This document shows, in pieces, positions 28,901-38,973 of a stretch of 64,000 nt of DNA. Below the pieces are notes generated by a model. The model did no database searches, was not told the origin of the DNA, and saw nothing but the letters and a program-made list of their open reading frames with translations. A program made the translations under genes and the position numbers. Source of the stretch: Patescibacteria group bacterium (lineage in GTDB: Bacteria; Patescibacteriota; Patescibacteriia; UBA1558; GWA2-36-10); assembly GCA_041650755.1 (NCBI GenBank), contig JBAZKN010000001.1:314309-378308 (forward strand). The letters are read 5' to 3'. Numbering within the stretch: position 1 is the stretch's first letter; every line of letters starts with the position of its first letter.

Positions 28901-30259
28901 ATGGCTCTGAGCTATAAAGTGGCCATCTGCGGTCGGATCAATGTAGGTAAATCGACTCTATTCAACCGACTAATATCTTCCCCCAAAGCTATTGTCTCGG
29001 CAATAGCCGGCACGACTCGCGACAGAAATTATGCTGATTGCGAATGGGATAAAACCAGCTTTCAATTGATTGATACTGGCGGTTTTGTCGCTAAAACCAA
29101 TAACATTATTGACCAAAAAATAAACCAACAAGCTGATACGGCTGCTAAAGAGGCCGATCTTTTATTATTTGTAGTTGATACTCGCGCCGGCCTAGTCCCG
29201 GAAGACAAACAAATAGCCAGAATGCTATCAAACTACAAAAAACCCATTATCCTGGTAGCCAATAAGGCTGATAATCTCCGCTGGCGTCAGCAAACCGCAA
29301 ATTTTTATCAACTGGGTTTAGGTGATCCGCATCCGGTCTCAGCCATAAATGGCTCTGGCAGTGGCGATTTACTGGACGCTATTGTAAATATTTTGCAAAA
29401 AACAAAGAAAAGAATAAAAACAAAAACACCTGAACAACGAGTCATCAAGGTGGCGATAGTCGGCCAACCCAATGTAGGAAAATCATCTTTGGTCAATAGT
29501 CTGGTCGGGCAAGAACGCTTGATAGTCTCTCATCTGCCCCACACGACTCGCGATGCCCAAGATATTTCTCTGGTTTACCATGGCCAAAATATCATCCTGA
29601 TAGACACGGCTGGCTTGAGGCGCAAAACCAAAAAAGCTGTCGACCCCTTTGAAAAACAAAGCGTAGCCCAAAGCGTCATGACTTTAAAAAAATCAGATAT
29701 AACTATATTGGTAACCGACGTTACCAAACCGCTCACCTGGCAAGATAAAAATTTATTACAAGAAACTGTCAACGCTGGTAAAGGCGTCATTATCCTGGCC
29801 AACAAATGGGATTTGATACCCGACAAAAAAACCGATACTATAAAAAAATATGATGACTACTACCATAGTTTCTTCCCTTTTGTCACCTGGGCGCCGCTGC
29901 TCTATACTTCTGCTCTGGATAAAACCCGCTTAGCCAAAATCCTGCCCCTGATAATGGCTATTTGGCAGGAAAAAAATCGAGTAATAGACGCTAATGCTTT
30001 GGATAAGCTGCTCAAAAAAATCGTCAAAAAACACAAGCCGGCCAAAGGCAAAGGCACCAAGCAACCTTATATTTATTCCCTCAAGCAAACCGGCACCAAT
30101 CCCCCCCGTTTTGAAATAAAAATTGATTTTAAAAGCGAGCTACATCATTCTTACCTCCGTTTTATTGAAAACAATCTGCGCTATAAATTTGGTTTTAATG
30201 GCGTGCCGATAAAGATACACATCGCTAAAACTCAAAATGCCACTGATAAAACAAAATAA
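28901..30259 (+). CDS. der: ribosome-associated GTPase Der/EngA (tandem GTPase domains plus KH-like domain)
   Basis: 452 aa. Two G-domains with G1 motifs GRINVGKST and GQPNVGKSS, and two DTAG G3 motifs. Confidence 0.92.
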   Translation: MALSYKVAICGRINVGKSTLFNRLISSPKAIVSAIAGTTRDRNYADCEWDKTSFQLIDTGGFVAKTNNIIDQKINQQADTAAKEADLLLFVVDTRAGLVPEDKQIARMLSNYKKPIILVANKADNLRWRQQTANFYQLGLGDPHPVSAINGSGSGDLLDAIVNILQKTKKRIKTKTPEQRVIKVAIVGQPNVGKSSLVNSLVGQERLIVSHLPHTTRDAQDISLVYHGQNIILIDTAGLRRKTKKAVDPFEKQSVAQSVMTLKKSDITILVTDVTKPLTWQDKNLLQETVNAGKGVIILANKWDLIPDKKTDTIKKYDDYYHSFFPFVTWAPLLYTSALDKTRLAKILPLIMAIWQEKNRVIDANALDKLLKKIVKKHKPAKGKGTKQPYIYSLKQTGTNPPRFEIKIDFKSELHHSYLRFIENNLRYKFGFNGVPIKIHIAKTQNATDKTK

Positions 30260-30836
30260 AAATATGAAACTAATCATTGGTTTGGGCAACCCCGACAAAG
30301 AGTATCAATTTACCAGGCACAATTTTGGCTGGCTGGCAGTAGATAAATTGGCCAGCAAGCTTAATTTGGTATGGGACAAATCACCAGACAAAAAAAGCCT
30401 GGTGACTGACTTTAGTCATGGCCGAGAAAAAATTCTGATCGGCAAAACTCTGACCTATATGAATAATTCCGGGGAAGCTGCACTGTCTTTAGCTCAATAT
30501 TATAAAATTGATGTCGGCAATCTGATTGTCATCCACGATGATCTGGATTTGCCCTTCGGCGCCATACGCTTAGCTCAAAACCGCTCTAGTGGCGGCCACC
30601 AGGGCTTGGAATCAATCATTAAATATTTTAAATCGCAAGATTTTATTCGGGTCAGACTTGGCATCGGGCCACAAATCGGCAAGGCTGAAGATTTTGTTTT
30701 GGCTAAATTTTCTGAAGAAGAAAAAAAGAAATTACCAGAAGTGATTGATACCAGCCACCTCATCCTAGAAATATTGCTCACCCAGGGTTTTGCTGATGCC
30801 GCTAATAAATACAACCAAAAAATCCCCTTGCTTTAA
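30237..30836 (+). CDS. pth: peptidyl-tRNA hydrolase
   Basis: 199 aa. Begins MKLIIGLGNPDKEYQFTRHNFGW. Overlaps der by 23 nt. Confidence 0.9.
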   Translation: MPLIKQNKNMKLIIGLGNPDKEYQFTRHNFGWLAVDKLASKLNLVWDKSPDKKSLVTDFSHGREKILIGKTLTYMNNSGEAALSLAQYYKIDVGNLIVIHDDLDLPFGAIRLAQNRSSGGHQGLESIIKYFKSQDFIRVRLGIGPQIGKAEDFVLAKFSEEEKKKLPEVIDTSHLILEILLTQGFADAANKYNQKIPLL

Positions 30837-30861
30837 GGGGATTTTTTAAATTAAGAGGCAT

Positions 30862-30890
30862 TTGACAAACCTGAAAGTTTTGTTTATGAT
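30862..30890 (+). promoter_or_regulatory. consensus sigma70-type promoter for the GC-rich Yip1-like gene
   Basis: TTGACA (30862-30867), 17-nt spacer, TATGAT (30885-30890). GGAGG ribosome-binding site (30931-30935) 7 nt before the ATG at 30943. Confidence 0.6.
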
Positions 30891-30942
30891 ATAAAGTTTT
30901 AAAGTTCTTGACATAGGGAGATCAAACGCGGGAGGACATAGA

Positions 30943-31632
30943 ATGTCATCGACAAACGCTCTGGGCTTCTGTGGACGTTTTGGCGCCACTTTCATGGCCC
31001 CAAAGCTCGCCATGGAAGAAGTCAGGATCCAGCCGCGGTGGGTAGCCGCTGGCCTAGTCCTGATGGTGGTTGCTGCCATCTTCAGTGGGGCAACTATGCG
31101 CATCGCCGGGGTGGAGAACCTCGAGCTCATGCGAGAAACGTCCATGGGGCAACTCATAGACATCGATGCTCTGCAAGAGCAGGCAGCCAATACGTCGGCC
31201 GACGCGGTGATCAAGACTATCATCATCAGCGCCATCGACAGTTGGTTCAATCTGTTTCTTGTCGCCTTTGGCTGGCTAATCTGCTGCAAGATCGGCGGCG
31301 GGGTAGGCACATTCAAACAGATGCTCGGCGTCGTGGCCTGGGGAAAGCTCATCTCGGCTAGCGGGATGATAGTCAAGCTGCCTCTGATACTATCCCTGAA
31401 TTCAGTAGCCAGAGTCAGCACAAGTTTGGCTCTGCTGTCTGGCGACCCCAATTCGCTGTCCTATCAACTCCTGGATATCTTCGACTTCTTTGCCATCTGG
31501 AGCCTGATAGTGATCGCCATCGGGATCAAGGCAGTGCACAACTTCAGCCGCAACCAAACAATCGCTGTCGCCAGCCTACCATGGCTATTGGTCAAACTGG
31601 CGAGTGTCAGCTTGTCCAGGATGTTTCTCTAG
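30943..31632 (+). CDS. GC-rich Yip1-family-like polytopic membrane protein
   Basis: 229 aa with about 5 predicted transmembrane helices and a soluble N-terminal segment. The GC content and Ala/Val/Gly-rich composition are unlike the host genes. The antisense ORF 30846-31451 is judged an artefact. Confidence 0.5.
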   Translation: MSSTNALGFCGRFGATFMAPKLAMEEVRIQPRWVAAGLVLMVVAAIFSGATMRIAGVENLELMRETSMGQLIDIDALQEQAANTSADAVIKTIIISAIDSWFNLFLVAFGWLICCKIGGGVGTFKQMLGVVAWGKLISASGMIVKLPLILSLNSVARVSTSLALLSGDPNSLSYQLLDIFDFFAIWSLIVIAIGIKAVHNFSRNQTIAVASLPWLLVKLASVSLSRMFL

Positions 31633-31660
31633 ACGGCGATCGACCGCGCTTTTGGCTCGA

Positions 31661-31689
31661 CCCGTCGCGTCTCATGCGACGGGTTTTTT
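31661..31689 (+). terminator. intrinsic terminator after the Yip1-like gene
   Basis: Stem cccgtcgc / gcgacggg with loop gtctcat, followed by TTTTTT. Confidence 0.65.
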
Positions 31690-31699
31690 ATCTACAAAA

Positions 31700-31728
31700 T
31701 TGACAAATAGGGTGTAATGCACTAAGAT
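31700..31728 (+). promoter_or_regulatory. consensus promoter for zinc-ribbon gene 1
   Basis: TTGACA (31700-31705), 17-nt spacer, TAAGAT (31723-31728). TGGAGG ribosome-binding site 7 nt before the ATG at 31777. Confidence 0.6.
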
Positions 31729-31776
31729 GGCCCCGTAAACCCACCACGATCTTTTCGAAACGCTGGAGGCACTCAA

Positions 31777-32061
31777 ATGCTAACTGTAAAGGTCTACTGT
31801 CCAAAAGGTCACGTACTCTTACTTGACCAAATGCTGTGGATGATCCCAATAAATCAGCTAGAGGCAAGCGAGAGTTACTGTCCGCAATGTCAGGAATGCC
31901 ATCTGACAATCCGCGCTTTCTGCACCAATGGCCACGAAGCTTGGTTGTCGGCAACTGACAAACGGCTCTCAATCAACCAGTTGTCGATGCGCGATACGTC
32001 TTGTCCGACGTGTCTTGGACAGGCGGTTGATCAAATCATCGATCAGTCAAAAAAACCATGA
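31777..32061 (+). CDS. small protein with a double zinc ribbon
   Basis: 94 aa. Four Cys/His pairs: CPKGH, CPQCQEC, CTNGH and CPTC. Confidence 0.5.
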   Translation: MLTVKVYCPKGHVLLLDQMLWMIPINQLEASESYCPQCQECHLTIRAFCTNGHEAWLSATDKRLSINQLSMRDTSCPTCLGQAVDQIIDQSKKP

Positions 32062-32114
32062 GCCTCAAGGGAAGTGAACCATATCGGTCAATAAATAAAC
32101 AGCCCCCGGCCCAT

Positions 32115-32139
32115 TCCGACCATGTGGTCGGATTTTTTT
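32115..32139 (+). terminator. intrinsic terminator after zinc-ribbon gene 1
   Basis: Stem tccgacca / tggtcgga with loop tg, followed by TTTTTTT. Confidence 0.65.
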
Positions 32140-32150
32140 ATTTACCAAGA

Positions 32151-32179
32151 TTGACATAAATAAAATCATAATCTAAAAT
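32151..32179 (+). promoter_or_regulatory. consensus promoter for zinc-ribbon gene 2
   Basis: TTGACA (32151-32156), 17-nt spacer, TAAAAT (32174-32179). GGGGAGG ribosome-binding site 7 nt before the ATG at 32231. Confidence 0.6.
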
Positions 32180-32230
32180 TATTCACAGAAACCGTTCGTT
32201 CCAACCAAGGCCCTTTTGGGGAGGTGCGCT

Positions 32231-32422
32231 ATGGCTATGATCATCACCTGCAACGGGTGCGGCACAGAACTCGAAGAGCTGCCCGATGAGCATGCCCCAA
32301 CTACGCTGGCTACGGAGCGCCAGAAAATCCGCCACTGCTCTGTCTGCCAGAAAGCGCAAGCCAACCTGGTGCGACAGCCGCGTCTCTTCAAGTTCGACCC
32401 TATTCCGACGCCGGCAGCCTGA
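32231..32422 (+). CDS. small GC-rich protein with a single zinc ribbon
   Basis: 63 aa if the start is the ATG placed by the ribosome-binding site. The ORF track instead begins at a TTG at 32216. Cys pairs CNGC and CSVC. TGA stop. Confidence 0.5.
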   Translation: MAMIITCNGCGTELEELPDEHAPTTLATERQKIRHCSVCQKAQANLVRQPRLFKFDPIPTPAA

Positions 32423-32449
32423 TGGCTGCCACCACTCTCCATCCCCACC

Positions 32450-32476
32450 GACTCGTCCTAGCGGCGAGTCTTTTTT
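32450..32476 (+). terminator. intrinsic terminator after zinc-ribbon gene 2
   Basis: Stem gactcg / cgagtc with a 9-nt loop, followed by TTTTTT. Confidence 0.6.
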
Positions 32477-32528
32477 ATACAAAAAACCCTGCGCTAAATT
32501 GGCAGAGTTTTTTATAGAGGTAATCTTA

Positions 32529-33215
32529 TTAATTAATGGATACTTTGATGCTCGGACCCATAGTAGATGTCAAATATAACCCGAGTAAATATGTACCTTT
32601 CATGCTCTGTGGCTTAGCTTTTTTAAGAACTTCCACAAAAACCTGAAAGTTAGCCAATAGCTGTTCGGCAGTATAAGACGCCTTGCCAATGGCTGTATGG
32701 ACATTGCCAGTATCATCATTTTTAAATGACACTTTGCCAGCCTTTAGCTCGCTTATCATTTTCTTGACATCGGTATCAATGGTGCCGGTCTTGGGATTTG
32801 GCATCAAGCCTTTTTGACCCAAAACTTTGGCAATGCCAGCTAAATTTTTCATCATTTCCGGCACAGTCACGGCGATATCAAAATCGCATTTGCCATCTTT
32901 TTTGATTTGCTCTATGAGCTCATCACCACCCACTATATCGGCGCCGGCGCTCTTGGCATCTTTGGCATAGGCTTCTGGCACAAAAGCGGCTACTTTTACC
33001 TTTTTACCGCTACCATGAGGCAGGACTACTGAAGCTCTGACAATCTGATCGCCTTTTTTTGGATCAATGCCCAAGTGGGCATGAACTTCTACGGTGGCAT
33101 CAAATTTTAAACCAGCGGTAGATTTTACCAAATCAATAGCTTCTTCTGGCCGATAAATCTTACCCGGCTCTATTCTGGCTCGGGCATCTTTCAAGCGTTT
33201 GCTTATTTTTGACAT
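32529..33215 (-). CDS. rplA: 50S ribosomal protein uL1
   Basis: 228 aa. Typical L1 sequence throughout, ending VKVSIN. Confidence 0.95.
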   Translation of the reverse strand: MSKISKRLKDARARIEPGKIYRPEEAIDLVKSTAGLKFDATVEVHAHLGIDPKKGDQIVRASVVLPHGSGKKVKVAAFVPEAYAKDAKSAGADIVGGDELIEQIKKDGKCDFDIAVTVPEMMKNLAGIAKVLGQKGLMPNPKTGTIDTDVKKMISELKAGKVSFKNDDTGNVHTAIGKASYTAEQLLANFQVFVEVLKKAKPQSMKGTYLLGLYLTSTMGPSIKVSIN

Positions 33216-33278
33216 AGAATTATTTTTGACGAGGTTATGGCGCCTGTCCGACTAGGCAGGCTCCCTCATTAATAAAAT

Positions 33279-33704
33279 TTAGCCTTCAATTTTGACGCCC
33301 ATCTGTCTGGCGGTGCCAGCAATAATCTTCTTAGCTGCCTCAATATCTGTAGTGTTGAGATCTGGCAGCTTGGCTTTGGCAATCTCGGTCAACTGAGCAT
33401 CGGTCAAAACGCCCACTTTTTCCTGAAGCGGCTTGCCTGAACCCTTGGCTAGGCTGATTTTCTTTTTAATCATTTCTGAAGCTGGCGCGGTTTTCAAAAT
33501 AAAAGAAAATGTCCTATCGGTATAAATGGTCAGCTCCACCGGCACCACTTCGCCTTGACGATTCTTGGTAGCTTCATTGAACTTGGTGCAAAATTCTTGG
33601 ATATTAACACCATGCGGACCCAAGGCTGTGCCGACTGGCGGTGCTGGTGTGGCCTTAGCGCCCACTACTTGTAATTTTACAATTTGCTTTATTTCTTTAG
33701 CCAT
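33279..33704 (-). CDS. rplK: 50S ribosomal protein uL11
   Basis: 141 aa. Begins MAKEIKQIVKLQVVGAKATPAPPVG, with the conserved PPVGPALG-like loop. Confidence 0.95.
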   Translation of the reverse strand: MAKEIKQIVKLQVVGAKATPAPPVGTALGPHGVNIQEFCTKFNEATKNRQGEVVPVELTIYTDRTFSFILKTAPASEMIKKKISLAKGSGKPLQEKVGVLTDAQLTEIAKAKLPDLNTTDIEAAKKIIAGTARQMGVKIEG

Positions 33705-33806
33705 ATAATTTTTGCTTATTGCTGATAGCCTATAGTATGTAGCTTATGGACACCACTTTAATTATGACTATAGACCACAGGCTATGCGCCATAAGCTACT
33801 AGCTAA
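33705..33806 (-). repeat. roughly 100-nt structured leader element, copy A (abuts the rplK start codon)
   Basis: Internal hairpin gtagcttatgg..ccataagctac. Clearly homologous to the element at 52068-52161. Shared blocks on the plus strand: ttttgcttatt, gcctatag, agcttatg, gggctat and tagctaa. Confidence 0.55.
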
Positions 33807-34352
33807 TTATACTTTTTTAATCTGTAAAAAATCCAATTCTACTGGCGTTTCCCGGCCAAACATGGATACCAAAACCTTGGCCTTGCCTCTGGCTTCATCG
33901 ATTTCAGAGACCTTGCCCTCATAGTCTTTGAATGGACCGTCAGTAATCTTGACCAGCTCGCCTTCGGCAATATCAATCTTGAACTCTGGCTCTTCTTGAC
34001 CCATGCGAGACAAAAGAGATTTGATTTCGTCTTCCGAAACAGGCGTGGGAGTAGTACCGGAACCCACAAAGCCAGTTACATTGGGCGTGTTTCTCACCAC
34101 ATACCAAGAAGCATCCGTCACAATCATGTTCACCAAAACATAGCCGGGGAAAATCTTTTCCTTGACAGTCCTGCGCTTGCCGTTTTTGATCTTAATCTTA
34201 TTTTCAGTCGGAATCAAAATATCAAAAATTTTGTCTTCCATATCCATAGATTCTATTCTCTGTTTCAAGTTACGAGCGACATTTTCTTCATAACCAGAAT
34301 AGGTATGCAAGACATACCAGCGCCGACCTTGTTGTGAACTTTGCTTTGGCAT
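33807..34352 (-). CDS. nusG: transcription antitermination factor NusG
   Basis: 181 aa. NGN domain (RRWYVLHTYSGYE) and a C-terminal KOW domain (GELVKITDGPFKDYEGKV). Confidence 0.92.
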   Translation of the reverse strand: MPKQSSQQGRRWYVLHTYSGYEENVARNLKQRIESMDMEDKIFDILIPTENKIKIKNGKRRTVKEKIFPGYVLVNMIVTDASWYVVRNTPNVTGFVGSGTTPTPVSEDEIKSLLSRMGQEEPEFKIDIAEGELVKITDGPFKDYEGKVSEIDEARGKAKVLVSMFGRETPVELDFLQIKKV

Positions 34353-34364
34353 ATGATAAAAAAA

Positions 34365-34550
34365 TTATTTAATAAGAGTAATTTCCAAAACCTTACTCAA
34401 AATATAATCCATGGCTCCTAAAAATAGCGCCACCGCCAAAGAAATAATAATCACTACCAAAGTATGATTTGTAGTTGTCTGCCGAGATGGCCAGACGACT
34501 TTGGCCAGCTCTTCTCTGGCGCCTTTTAAATAATTCGTTAGTTTGCTCAT
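34365..34550 (-). CDS. secE: preprotein translocase subunit SecE
   Basis: 61 aa with a single C-terminal transmembrane helix. Motif ELAKVVWPSR. Conserved position upstream of nusG. Confidence 0.8.
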   Translation of the reverse strand: MSKLTNYLKGAREELAKVVWPSRQTTTNHTLVVIIISLAVALFLGAMDYILSKVLEITLIK

Positions 34551-34690
34551 GGGTGTAAAAATAGGTTCTTTAAAACAGCCCCGAGGTGCTGTTTAACTGC
34601 GCATTACTATAGCATAAAAAAAATAATAAGGCAAGGGGTATTTTGCCTGAGCATTGTTTTTATAATTTATTTTGCTAATATTAGCCAAAA

Positions 34691-35068
34691 TTATCTTAGT
34701 TTTTCTTTACTGGCCATAATGCAGGTCTGGCTAATAAAATTTATATCATTATCTTGACAAAATTTTATAGCCGTCTCACTCTCTGCTCCGGGCTGGAACC
34801 AAACATCGTTAATGCCTTTATTTTTTATATCGCGCAAAACTTCTTCTGTGACTTTTGGCTGAGTGATAAAAACCGCGCCATCAATCTTTTGCGGCACATG
34901 CAAGACACTTGGGAAAACGGTTGAACCCAGCAGCCGGCCGCCTTTGGGATTGATAGGAATCACATTCCAGCCAGCGGCCAATAAGTCGGCAAAAACTTTG
35001 TAGCCATATTTTTTTGGATCAAAAGAGGCGCCAACTATCGCCACTATGTGTCTTGAAGAAAATGGCAT
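34691..35068 (-). CDS. CoA-binding domain protein (YccU-like)
   Basis: 125 aa. Rossmann-like CoA_binding signature IVAIVGASFDPKKYGYKV. Confidence 0.7.
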   Translation of the reverse strand: MPFSSRHIVAIVGASFDPKKYGYKVFADLLAAGWNVIPINPKGGRLLGSTVFPSVLHVPQKIDGAVFITQPKVTEEVLRDIKNKGINDVWFQPGAESETAIKFCQDNDINFISQTCIMASKEKLR

Positions 35069-35072
35069 AAGA

Positions 35073-36800
35073 TTATTTTTTTATAAATATTAACCAATTG
35101 TTTGCCGCATCTATCAATTGCCAATCTTGGTCACTAATTAAATTTTTGGCTAAGTAAATTTGACTTTCTTGGCCGCCGTTCGGATACTTGTCTTGCCAAA
35201 AAAACAGAGTATAAAATTGCGGATCGTTTGGATCATTATAAAGCAACAAGGCATCAATTGGCCGCGGCTTGCCCTGGGCAATAATCTTCATAAAATCTAG
35301 CGAGCTTGTGGCTAGGGCCATATCCTCTATCAGGCGCAAACGCTGTGAATAGACAGCTGCTGGATGACTAAAATGGGGACTATAAACTATATAATAAGAT
35401 AAAGGCAAATAGGCATTCAACTCGGGCAAGCCGCTGGACAGCCAGGTGCGCTGCTGATAATCCGGCACCTTGGCCCTGATAGTATCAGCCAATTGCAGTG
35501 TGGCTTGCGGCGCAACCAGATCCTTTTCTAGCTGATGCAGTATATTCTGATTATCAACAAACTTTATCATTGGTAATTGCGTCACCAAAATGAGCGAGAC
35601 GGCAATTACAAAAATTGATAAGTATTTTGGCTTGTTTGTCTGATAATACTGATAAGTATAAACTAAAATCTGGCTCAAGCCAACTGCTACCAGAGCGCTG
35701 CCCAAAAACATAAATGGCTTAGCTGGCAAAAGCGGCTTAGTGCCAAAAATAAAAAATACCAGACCCAAAGCTTGATATAAATAACAAGCCACCAAGGCCC
35801 AAAGGCAGGCCCTGCTATGTTTTGCTTGATGATAAGTCCACAATAAACCCAGCAGCCCGGCTAACCACAAAAATCCTCTAATAGAAACAAGCGACCAGGG
35901 ATTAAAAGTGAAGAAGTCACTAGGTACAAAAAACGTAGCCAGCCAATTTTCCCAACCATAGCGCCAGCCAGATAAAAATATAGGAAATAGGTAAGGTAAG
36001 GCTGCCAAAAAAATAATAATGCCCACCCAAAATAGTCTTTTCAGCTGCTGAGCGCGATCTTTTTGACCAACAATCAATAGCAAAAGCACTGGTATAATAA
36101 TCAGCCACCAAAAATAAAAAAGCAAGAATAATATGGCTCCACTCAAGCCAAAGCACCAATAATATTTTTTGGGCCACTGGCTTTGAGAAAAAATGTGCGA
36201 CCAGAGCATCAGCCAAATCACCATAAATAAGGCGGAAACAGCTTCATAGGGCTTGAGTAAAATAGTGTCGAAATCAAGAAGCAATAAATAAATAGTGGGC
36301 AAGAGCCACCAAAACCAAGGTTGGCTGATGATAGCTGGCCGATCGTCCTGATATTTATAAATCTTGGACCAAAACAATTTAAAAGCAAAATAAGAAACAA
36401 AAAACCAACTAGCCAGAGTCAAAACAATACCGATTTTGGTGGCTACAATAGCATTATGAACAGACAATAAGGCTGCTAGCCCGCCAGTCAGCCAAAAGTA
36501 CAACGGCGGATAAAAAGTCGGCAAATAAGCATAATAAAAATCAGACCAAAGGTGCCCGGACAAAACCTGCTGCAAAAAAGCGGCAATGTATAATTCATCG
36601 CCAGTCGTGCCCCACCACATGCGCTGACAGGGAATAGCCAAAACAATATAAAAAATAATAATAGCTAGGGCCGTCAGGGCCAAAAAAACCACTGGCCTAG
36701 CTCGCTTGCGCCAGCTCCACCACAGCAACAGCAAGTAAACTAGCAGAACTATCTTGCTGCCAGCTAAAATTTTTATAGTGGTCAGGCTGAATTCAGCCAT
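35073..36800 (-). CDS. large polytopic membrane protein, possibly a GT-C-fold (ArnT/PMT-like) glycosyltransferase
   Basis: 575 aa. More than 10 predicted transmembrane helices over the first 400 aa, then a soluble C-terminal domain. No catalytic motif confirmed. Confidence 0.4.
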   Translation of the reverse strand: MAEFSLTTIKILAGSKIVLLVYLLLLWWSWRKRARPVVFLALTALAIIIFYIVLAIPCQRMWWGTTGDELYIAAFLQQVLSGHLWSDFYYAYLPTFYPPLYFWLTGGLAALLSVHNAIVATKIGIVLTLASWFFVSYFAFKLFWSKIYKYQDDRPAIISQPWFWWLLPTIYLLLLDFDTILLKPYEAVSALFMVIWLMLWSHIFSQSQWPKKYYWCFGLSGAILFLLFYFWWLIIIPVLLLLIVGQKDRAQQLKRLFWVGIIIFLAALPYLFPIFLSGWRYGWENWLATFFVPSDFFTFNPWSLVSIRGFLWLAGLLGLLWTYHQAKHSRACLWALVACYLYQALGLVFFIFGTKPLLPAKPFMFLGSALVAVGLSQILVYTYQYYQTNKPKYLSIFVIAVSLILVTQLPMIKFVDNQNILHQLEKDLVAPQATLQLADTIRAKVPDYQQRTWLSSGLPELNAYLPLSYYIVYSPHFSHPAAVYSQRLRLIEDMALATSSLDFMKIIAQGKPRPIDALLLYNDPNDPQFYTLFFWQDKYPNGGQESQIYLAKNLISDQDWQLIDAANNWLIFIKK

Positions 36801-36805
36801 AATAT

Positions 36806-38824
<2,019 letters not shown>

Positions 38825-38862
38825 TTATGCTAATTTTGTAAGTACATTGTAGCATAAAATCA

Positions 38863-38891
38863 GCAAAAAAACAACCCAATTTGAGTTGTTT
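38863..38891 (-). terminator. hairpin terminator after pheT, flanked by T-runs on both strands
   Basis: Stem aacaac / gttgtt with a 9-nt loop. A-run on the 5' side and T-run on the 3' side of the plus strand. Confidence 0.45.
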
Positions 38892-38973
38892 TTTATCTTA
38901 AAATTTTAGCTAATATTAGGGAAAAAATTAATAATATAAATTTTTAATTTACATAACAAGCTAACTAAATTAT

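Noticed and set aside
30846-31451. 201-aa minus-strand ORF, and 31038-31361 plus-strand ORF, inside the Yip1-like gene
   Set aside because: Antisense or off-frame artefacts of GC-rich sequence. The plus-strand 229-aa frame has the promoter, ribosome-binding site and terminator, plus sensible transmembrane helices.
32179-32482. Two minus-strand ORFs (89 and 99 aa) antisense to zinc-ribbon gene 2
   Set aside because: Artefacts of GC-rich sequence. The expression signals, Cys pairs and terminator belong to the plus-strand micro-protein.
34551-34690. tRNA-Trp expected upstream of secE
   Set aside because: No cloverleaf or T-loop (GTTCGAATC-like) sequence on either strand. The region holds only a hairpin plus T-run terminator and a probable secE promoter.
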